64,000 nucleotides of DNA from the NCBI GenBank assembly GCA_037447605.1, contig CM074805.1, positions 124,001 to 188,000 on the forward strand. Reading direction: 5' to 3'. Shown piece after piece: positions 55,001 through 64,000 of the stretch. This DNA comes from Zygnema circumcarinatum SAG 698-1b (lineage: Eukaryota > Plantae > Zygnematophyceae). The notes below the pieces were generated by a model. That model was not told the DNA's origin. It made no database searches and was given only the letters and a program-made list of their open reading frames with translations. Position numbers and translations under genes: made by a program. Positions within the stretch are counted from its first letter, which is position 1, and each line of letters starts with the position of its first letter.

Positions 55001-57731
55001 CCAAGTAGATTCCCAGAAAGTCCAGCATAGAGTCCCTTGAAGTTGATTCCGCCGCCTGCACGGGCCACCTGCTACCATCTATGCATTAGCTATCACGCTC
55101 AACATGTCAGGGCGTGTGCGAGCCAGGAAATCTTCACTGGCTAGGACGAACGGAACATTGAATCAAACCACTGCACAACGAGTTATTTCGATTATGTTTT
55201 GAACGATTGTGGAACTTTCCACGTCAATGTTTACGGTTCAAAGATAGCTAGAAGGTGACAAAAAGAGCCACAGCCGACTGCTACGACTTAATAAGATAGC
55301 AAGAACAAGATGACGAAGCTGAATTCCACAGCCTCTGAAACACACAGCAGAAAGCTTAATTACTTGGAGACGTGTCTTTATGGTGTCAATAGGGTACAAC
55401 ACTGTCTCGACTGTCACCCCCGCCACAGCGCCCGCAACCAGACCCTCTGCAAGCCACAAGGATTCCCCAATTACATATAGATACAGAAAATAAGATTAAG
55501 TCTACCCAAGCCGTTCTGGTGAGGAGTTCAATACACATGTTCGTGTTTCCAAGAAGTGCTGAGTACAGAAAGCAATCTCCATTATTACTGTTGTCCTGCT
55601 TACACATCTACTATTCATATGCAGAAAGCCTCGTCTGTAGGCGACTGTCTTTGAATAGTAAACCAAACCCACACTTAGGTTGTGGTTTGTAGGCACAAAA
55701 AATGGTGCACATCAGAGACCGTGTATTCAGATCCATTAGTGAAAGCTGTAGTGTTTTCGCACACAAGTAAAGGAAAGGGCTGCTCATCCCCATTGTTTTT
55801 GTTAATACTGAATTCGTCTGACTTAAAGGCAATTCAAGCCAATGTGATAACTGGACAGACTTCCTCTTCGATTCGTTTTTCACTCCAGATACATATAGCT
55901 GCACTTGATGCAAACAAACACAGTACTGATCCACAGTTCAACCCTCTGAAAGGAGAAACGAGGAAGATAAGTAGAAGAAACTTCATGAAGCAGTGCTCAC
56001 AAGATCAGAGCAATAAGGCAAGGAGAGCATGGTTGTTATGTGGGAAGTTGTCGACGCAACCCATAATGACGCGCCTCAGTGGCGGAGCCGAGTCTGCGTC
56101 ACACGTCACACTGACATACTGCAGACCCGCAGAGCTCTTCGTCTCGGATGCCGCCCTCAAACTCATGAAATGTTTGCGTCTGCGCACCTTTGCTTCCCCT
56201 GCATCGCTCCGGTGATGTCAGAATTAGACAGTGAGACAGATTGACAAGGGAAATTATGCGGGAATACTTTCGTTGCTAGAGAGGGGTAGAGAGGGGTGGA
56301 GGGGCAGACCTTTCCCACGCAACAGACACGGGAATTGGTTAGAGGAAAGTGGGGGGAAAGAAATAGAGGTAAGACAAGGGTAGAGATGCAGGAAGAAAAG
56401 GGATTTGGTCGACCTCTGCTTGAGCAAGATTGGGCAAGTGGCATTGAAAGAAAGGCAGGTGATCTCTGGACCAAATTTGAGCCATTTCATAACGCTGCGC
56501 ATCTTACTGGCATTGCGATACGGCTACAGTTTGTTTCATTCGAAATCATGCCTAACCGGCCCACATGGGTTTGAATGACATCAAACCTCACAGTTCAAGG
56601 AACCATTCATGCTTTACTTATCCCAACCCTCAGGTGATCCTATGAAGTACCTTGTCTGTGCCATCCAAGTTTCTCGACTCCCTCCGCAAAGCGATCCACG
56701 GCCCACTGAGCTGCTTGGGGAAGGCAGATTCGATCGGGAAGCTGTCAACACACTCGCAACAAAAGGCAAATCAGATCAAAATGAAAATAGGCTGCACACC
56801 TTAGACCATAAGCAAAACTCACAGAGTTAATCATACTTGGCGATGAGATGACTTCAACGTACATGTAAAGAAAGGCGTTCCACAAGTTCGTTAGCACCAA
56901 AGAGGACATTGGATACAGCAATTGGAGACGGCTGTTCAGTCAGCAAACAAACGAAAAGCAGACCAGTCAGGATTTCAGAAGATAAAGTTGGAATTTATCT
57001 AGCATAAAAGAATTCTTGTATCGAACTGGAGAAAAAATGGTGGGTAAAACGTGACGAAGTTCTCAAGGAATATCAAGTCGTCTGGGTAGGATTCGTAGTT
57101 CTAGTTGCACGATTCATTTTGTTTTTTCACGACAGACTATGCACAGCAGTCACTTCCCTGCTTCCTGAAAACACTCAAACACTCAAGCATTTACCAAACG
57201 AATAGCAAGTTGTGAAAAGTCGTAGAAATCGTTTACAGCAAGAAAGTTAAAAGCCTGCGCTAAAACTTTGTCCGAATGCACTAAAATCTAAACTAATTCT
57301 CAACCGGAACAGAGGATGCTTAACATACACTCTCGTTTTAACACCGAAGAAAGCGAGTCAAGTTGTCTGTCACATCATAAAGAATGGAAGGACGGGACAG
57401 TGCAGCCATCAATTGAATTCTTGGACTTCTAACGGCAAGACTCTTCCGTAAGATTCAATTGAAGGGACTGTAAGTAGTACCCAATCCATTTGCACCAAAA
57501 CTATGGCCTTAACATGGTCACATTTTAAGAAAAATAACAATAAAATGCGACCGAAACACCAGGCATTGTGCTAGCTTCCTTGTTTAAAAAAAAAAACACC
57601 TACGCATGCAACCTTTGTTAATGAGTGGGCATGATACAAATTGACGGCTCAGAAAGACTGTTAAAACTCACCGTGAGTACGGCAGTGGTCACCTGCAAGC
57701 CGTCTCTGCGCTCCACACGCATTGGTGCCAT
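52055..57731 (-). CDS. Mitochondrial carrier family protein, S-adenosylmethionine carrier (SAMC-like); 5' end uncertain
   Basis: GLVAGAVAGVTVETVLYPIDTIKTRLQ, YEPIKQKLL, VVKQRMQTGQF, YKGVADCITKICAEEG, GPRVLWIGIGGSIFFGVLEKTK: three PX[DE]XXK-type repeats with SAMC-typical sequence. Confidence 0.88.
52277..52605. repeat. Polypurine G-rich low-complexity tract in an intron of the SAM carrier gene
   Basis: Almost exclusively G/A with many G>=3 runs. Confidence 0.9.
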
Positions 57732-58512
57732 GGCGAGCAAGTCCCTTCCTCTCCTGCATTCAAGTAGCTCAATGTGCCAGCTGTAAGGGTGCGGGCATTA
57801 TGAATCACATGAGCTCCACCTCCCTTTCTCTCTCTCTCCCCCTACTCCACTCTCTCTCTCCAGTACTCCGCCTTCCCTCTCCTGCATCCCCGGATACACT
57901 CGCAAATATCTCGCACACTCGCCCATCCCATACTCCCAGTGTTGCCCTTCTCTCTCGCTCATCTCTTTGCGTGCCCTTGCAGCTGCATTCGCCTATCGCA
58001 GCACATTTCATCCTCGCACAGCGCACTCACGCACTCACTCACTCACTCACCACAGCAGTGGCAGGAGGAGATGCCTGCAGTACTGCGACCCCCCCCTCTG
58101 TGCTCTCGCAGGCGCCTTTGAAGCCTGCAACCTTCAAACATTCATCTGCATGCAGAGAATTTCATGTTTGTGTTAATGCTAAAACAGTTCATCATCGGCC
58201 ATTAGTGACCCGCCATGTGTAACGTTTGTATACGTGGCGGATCGCCATTGGAAGTGCCCCACTAAAAGTCCGCATGGGAGTACGGTCTGTGTTCCTTCCT
58301 GTCTATCTCCGCCATGAAAGTTAAGATATGGCGTTGGCTACTCCATGAAGCTTATCTCACCTGTAGTGTAACTTATTTGCAGGAGTGAGCTGCAAGCTTT
58401 AGAGCATTCTCCACTGGGGTCGGATGTGTGCTAGGTTTTAGCACTTGTTATGACGTCCTTCAAAGGGTCTGGCAGGCAGGTCGGAAGGGATTTTGAGCGA
58501 GCAGTGGATAGG

Positions 58513-59676
58513 ATGGGCCCTTCGGGAGAGGAGGAGCAAGTTGAGCAGCTTCTTGCGGAGCTGGGTGAACAGAGTCTCCTCGCACTGCGCGTTGACGGCC
58601 ACAGAGTGCGGGGTGAAGAGCAGAAAGGTGTCGCAGAACTCCATGGAGGCCAGCACCTCCAACCAGACACAGAGGGAGTCGAGGGAGACCTCGCTATTCG
58701 ACTCGCTCTTCTCAAAGGGAGGTCTGTAAGGAGCCAACAGTTACCGGCTACAGGTAGGCGCTTTGTAAAAGGTAGTCCTGACGATGCGGAGCAAGCGCAG
58801 AGTAGGTCTGTAGAGGTGCAACCTATAAGGAAACTAGCAGCGATGGCCGCTCCCACATCACCTGCAGTCCCTGACCCGCAAGTTGTTGACTCCCTCGGCG
58901 AGGAATTAGCATCACGCCTGCAAGCTTTAAGAGCTTCGTCACAGCCACGGAGAGGAGGTGGCGCAGCCACAGCAGCCACAGGACCCATCCCTGCAGAATC
59001 TTCCGTCGTTTCTTCCTCATTCCGCCATCCCCGGGGCTCTTCCAGGGAGCCCAAACTTGCAGACAGAGCGATGATGACAGCCGGTCCACCAGCATCGCTG
59101 GGCATGGACAGTTCAGAACGTCGAAAGACCTCCTCTGTAGGGGGACGGGCGTTAAAGCTTGGGGAGCAGCATTCTACTACAAGGTCATATTGGGGAAAAG
59201 GGAGGTGCAATAACACAGCCGCTATCGGGCAGCCAGGCCTCGCAGGGACGGAGGAAATAGGGCACGTGGAGGCTCAGGTCGGTGCAGGCGAAGTTGACGA
59301 AAGAGAGGTGCAGAGCATGTTGGCTGCCATGGCGGATGAGCTCCACTTGCAGTCAAAATCACAAAGCATGGTTTCAGGCTCGGGCTATGTTTGTGAAGAT
59401 GACGAAGGATCAGAATCAGAATTAAGTGATGGCTTTGTGGAAGCGCAGGCGGAGGGAATAATGGAGTGGGCAAAGGACTTGGTAGACCTCGATACCAAGA
59501 TTGGAAGGCAAGGATTAAAAGAGGAAGGCACTAAGGGGATGGAGTCCTCGCGATTGGGAGCATTGAGGCTGTCTGTGGAGGAGGAAAGTGACCAAGAGGA
59601 ACAAGGGGGGTACTTGCAAGATGATGAAGACGGAGGGAGTGTAAGAAGATGCAGTGGAGCTCCGAAGAAACGATAG
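58513..59676 (+). CDS. Uncharacterised, largely disordered acidic protein with MIM1-like helical motifs; single exon
   Basis: Long open frame with no interruption (408 aa from 58450; likely ATG at 58513). Contains EGDLAIRLALLK (58681-58716) and GEELASRLQALR (58897-58932). Confidence 0.7.
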   Translation: MGPSGEEEQVEQLLAELGEQSLLALRVDGHRVRGEEQKGVAELHGGQHLQPDTEGVEGDLAIRLALLKGRSVRSQQLPATGRRFVKGSPDDAEQAQSRSVEVQPIRKLAAMAAPTSPAVPDPQVVDSLGEELASRLQALRASSQPRRGGGAATAATGPIPAESSVVSSSFRHPRGSSREPKLADRAMMTAGPPASLGMDSSERRKTSSVGGRALKLGEQHSTTRSYWGKGRCNNTAAIGQPGLAGTEEIGHVEAQVGAGEVDEREVQSMLAAMADELHLQSKSQSMVSGSGYVCEDDEGSESELSDGFVEAQAEGIMEWAKDLVDLDTKIGRQGLKEEGTKGMESSRLGALRLSVEEESDQEEQGGYLQDDEDGGSVRRCSGAPKKR

Positions 59677-60886
59677 AATGGGAGATACCTCCTCTTTTAA
59701 AATTCTTTGTCAATAGCCTTTCGTTTGCTAATTCTTTCAATGGTTGATCATCAAGCTCTTGTCTTTGGGAATGATAAAGGCTGATAGCTGCGTATACAAA
59801 GTGTATATAGAAGGGCAATGTTGCATTAGTTTACTTTCGAGAGAATCTTCACGCTGTCCGTTGACCACGGGCATGTTCATCCGTTTGGGTTTTTTAAGGA
59901 AGGAGTAGGAACTGTGCTCTACTGTGAATAGAAAATATCATCTGCGCAGTGTCCATGCAGTTTGGGCATTAGTTTTGTGTGTGAATGATTGTGCCGAAAT
60001 CTCCACTGCTCAAGCCTGTAGCCGTTGGTGATGAACAGTCAGTGAAACTTGTATTGTAGTACTTCTAATATTTCGTTAGTTGCTTACTGGCCTTACATAC
60101 TCCGTACATGAATGGGCCATTTCCCATTAGAGTCACGGTGGAATGATACTGTGGTAATGGTGTCGCTTCCATTGAATGCTTCCCAGTTTTTCGCTTTATC
60201 TCTTAGACGATGGGCTCGCCATCCCGAGTTTGCAACAAAGCATGCACCAGAGTTGCTGTCCACATTGAGCCTACCCATGGGGCAACAACATGGGCTGGAT
60301 GCCTGCCTGCTGCCTGCCTGCCTGCTGCCTGCCTGCCTGCCTGCCTATTCTTAGCTCACCACACGCCACTCGATGTCAAATTAAAAACTTTCCTCAACAA
60401 TCGACGAATCTATACAACATCGCAATTCACAAACCGCAAATCTTCTCCTTGTGAGCTGCGGTTGGCAACCTGAAGGCCAGCGTCTTTCCGGTTTCCAAAG
60501 TAGTAGCGCATATCGCGATATGCAGATATATTTCGGTATTGGGATGCAGGGCGCTAAAGGGAGACGCCGGTTTTTGAACTTAGAGGGAGGGCGGGGCTGC
60601 GCGCCTTCCAAATTTTGAATCCCTTCCAGGCTCTCTCCCTCCTTGGAAGCCCTGCAATTTTCATTTCAAATTCGACCGCCCGCCCGCATCGCATCACATT
60701 AAGCCTCGTGCTCTCTGCCGACTCTTGCTGCTAAATCTCAAAGCGGGAGGAAAAACTGTCTACGTTTTTCTTTTAAGAAGGGCTGTTAGGAGAGTTGAGT
60801 GTAGAGAGAGTTGCTTGCTTCCTGCAAGGAGGAGCGAGTTTTTGCAAAGGCAGAGCTGGTGCTCTTTTGTTTCTGGAGACGGTGGA

Positions 60887-63191
60887 ATGGCGGGAAAGAA
60901 AGGGCCAACTACGCGGAAACGTGTGGACTCTGATGCTAGGACGATGAAGCGAGCTCCGGATGGAAGCGGATATTTGACTTGGTAGCTACCTGCTGAAAAG
61001 TCAATGAAGTCGGTGTCCTTGTATACTGGTCCAGAGCAGCGTTTGAATCATCTTGGTTACAAAAAGAATTTCTTGGTGCCATATCGTTTTGATATTCAGC
61101 TTTGTAATTTCTCAATTGTCGATTGAAACGTTATTATGAACATTTTTTTTTTCCAGTCCAGTGAATTGTTGAACAGGGCTATCACTGTCTTGATTCGTGC
61201 TCAAACCACGTTGGTAACTCTGATATTTATAACTTGCTGTCTCTGCAGTGACTCGTGCAAGGCAACTGTGCCAATTGCTGTAGCGGATATGCATGATTGT
61301 GCAGATGACGCTGCCCGCAAGGCCAAACTTGGTGAGGCGCCTTTTTATTTTTTTTTACAATCTACACTTGATGTTCTGAGTTCTACTTTATTCTGATTGT
61401 CACTAGCTACATATTGTCAATAGTAGACTTGTATCCGCAGCATGTTCAATCCTCAGGGCGTCGGGGACCACCTGGGACCAGGAAGGTTGTTCACAAGTCC
61501 ATTGCCGTCATTCAATGATCCGCAGCATCATTAATAAACGAGCTTCATCACGTGTAGACAAGTTATGCCGTTTTAACTGTCCGTTTCTTACGCTGCTATG
61601 TACTTTCTTGATGGTTATGCAGCAAGGAACCGAGAAGAGTCCAAGCAGAACCATCAGGTTGAGAAGTAAGTAGCCTGTCGATTTTTCTCTTTAGAACCTC
61701 AAAAGTTTGTTTACCTTCCATGCAAGCTTTTGCCAATTGTTTGCATTTGTGAATTAGTTTCTAAGAAAGTCTTTCCTTGCTGACTGGCCTCGATGGTCCT
61801 TTTACTCTATCTTGCAGGGAGATCAAAGCAAAAGAAAAAAAAACAATCAGCAAAACCTCCAAGAAAGCTGACAAAGATCCTAATCAGCCAAAGAAACCCT
61901 CAACTGCGTACATGATATTCCTGTAAGTTGTACTCTCAACAATAGTCATGATTCATTCGGGAGGATGTCACTTGCAGCTGCTTTCTTTGAATCCTTTCTG
62001 TGTTGGTATCGATTGCCTCTATTTCTAGTCTTTCTTACAACATTTATTTGCTTTGAGGTCATATATCGTTTCGAGTTCAACTAGATTGTCTACTGTTGAT
62101 TGAGATGATGTTGCTACGAAGCAGTTATGGAGTTGCTATACTACCAATTTGGCTGGATTAACCAATATCAGTCCCCTCCCCGTTGTGAATTCTTGAACAG
62201 TGAAGGTTTTCGAAAGCAGTACAAGGAAGAACATCCAGATTCGAAGGGCGTGACTGAGGTTGTTGAGCCCTCCTACAGCTTTGCTGTATTGTAGAGTGCA
62301 GGACTTTGGTTATGTCTGAATTACGCAATGTTTTATTCCCAGTTGCTGATCTTTTTTCCTTTTCGGCATTAAACTATTTTTATGCTCAGTTTTTAACTAA
62401 AACGTGTATGAGTACTTGTTCTCGCCAATAACATTGGAAAGCCTCCTTGTTTGGCAGGTGACGAAGGCTGCCGGAGTGAAGTGGAAGAGCTTGACTGAGG
62501 AGGTGATTACTGCACTACAGTGCTTTTCTTATGCTAGTAGTATCTGCAACATTGCTTGATGAATTACCTGTCTGTTATTTACTTCTCTTTACTGCATTCA
62601 GCGTGCTTACCTTATCCTCATCTGGACACGGCCACTAACGTTGCCAACTTCTTCGTTTGCTTCTTACAGGAGAAGAAGCCATTCATTGAAGAACAGGCGA
62701 AAAGGAAAGCTGACTATGAGAAAGTTCTGGCAGATTACAAAGATCAGGTATTAAACTGGGCACAGGCTATATCTCTCGAGCGGATAGGTTTGTGACTTCA
62801 TGACAAGGTGACTACACATCAGTATTGTAATCTGAGAGAATTGCACAAGAATGAACGAAATATGCTTGCAACTTATGAGCTTGCCATTCCTGTGCTTTCG
62901 TTTTCAGGCTGAAACGATCGATTCTACTGTCACTGGCGAGACAGAAGGCACCGCTGACGAAACAACACAAACACAGAAAAGAAGACGCCTCGCTGAAAAG
63001 CCTCAGGCAGATGATGAGGAGGTATGAGCAAGCACGTAATGAAATACTTCCGAACTTCTGATCAGCTTTTTTTATCTAACATTCTTCAAGGCTTACCTTT
63101 CGTCACAAGACAGAATGGTAGACTTCATTTGGCTGCACATCTTGTTGTTTGGCTTTCACAGGTGCAGAATGATCTTGAAGATGAGGAATAA
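60887..63191 (+). CDS. Plant HMGB protein (HMGB6/7-like) with N-terminal Cys/His motif and one HMG box
   Basis: RKRVDSD..TMKRAPDGSGYLTCDSCKATVPIAVADMHDC, then KDPNQPKKPSTAYMIF..EGFRKQYKEEHP...VTKAAGVKWKSLTEEEKKPF...KADYEK and an acidic tail ending DLEDEE*, over canonical introns. Confidence 0.93.
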
Positions 63192-64000
63192 AGACCAGCG
63201 AGGACTGCAAGGATCTGTATGCCGGGGTAAGTACAAAATGGCCAGTTCACAATAACAAACCAGACAGTTGTGTTACCAATTGTAATATTGCTGCATTCGT
63301 TTCTTTGGAGCTTCTTACCTCCAATTTGCTGTGGCAGTTGGATGAGTACTGACAATAGCGTGTTTGTCTGATTTGCTGCAGATATACACTTTGAAGTCTA
63401 GACCAACTTTTCGTTGGAGCTTTTACTAAGGAATCGAGCAATTTTCGAGTGTGGTAGTCCAAGTCACTGGATCCCATTCTCAGCCTTCATCAAGTGAGAG
63501 AGCTTGTAGCTATTGTGCAGAATAAATGGCTACGGTTTTCGTATAGGAAGCGTTCTAGTAGCTTGCATCATCATGCCCGAGGCTTGCTTACTGTTGGGAA
63601 GCAATAATCGGCTGCTCTTTGTCAATGTCCAGACACCTCCAACTTCAGTGCTGTAAATGAGTAGTTTTGGGATGGTGTTGGGTACAATACGAAAGCTGCC
63701 CTCTTTCTGTTGTCCAAATGGGTATCATAACCTTCGCAACTTCATTTCCATTATGTACAACGGCACGTGTTGCATGATGTTTGTCAACCATTTGTTGGAT
63801 TCGATTTCACACGCCATGTATGAACAATAACTTTATCAGAGAATGTGTACGGGAGGTCGTAAAGTATAACAGCAACCATAAAAGGTTGTCGGTTGGATTT
63901 TTTAATTTTTTTTGCGAGCACGCGCGGACAGCCAATGACGGGTCGCCACGTACACATCTCCACAAAGCCTGGAGACCTCGATAAAGTTACTCTTGCTAAC

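Noticed and set aside
58431-59216. 261-aa minus-strand ORF
   Set aside because: Antisense shadow of the better-supported plus-strand ORF.

Overview
Eukaryotic, intron-rich, gene-dense window. The gene content (TBL, GT92/GALS, LBD, APRL, plant-type HMGB) points to a streptophyte plant lineage, most likely a streptophyte alga; this is an inference. It holds about 13 spliced protein-coding genes: partial TBL, UMP-CMP kinase fused to a CaMKII-type hub domain, GT92/GALS, APR-like thioredoxin, TOP3A, GRWD1/RRB1, class I LBD, an RCC1 propeller fused to a GATA zinc finger, a fungal-type SDR, HIRA, a SAM carrier, an uncharacterised protein with MIM1-like motifs, and an HMGB. There is also a 375-bp non-autonomous hAT element with an 8-bp TSD, long microsatellites and a 10-N gap. 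Three things stand out. (1) A seven-repeat RCC1 propeller joined, with consistent splice phases, to a C-terminal GATA finger. (2) A nucleoside-monophosphate kinase spliced in frame to a CaMKII association (hub) domain. (3) An ascomycete-like SDR sitting among host genes, a candidate horizontal transfer. Exon joins were checked by hand for these three. Several 5' ends are uncertain, and no database searches were run.
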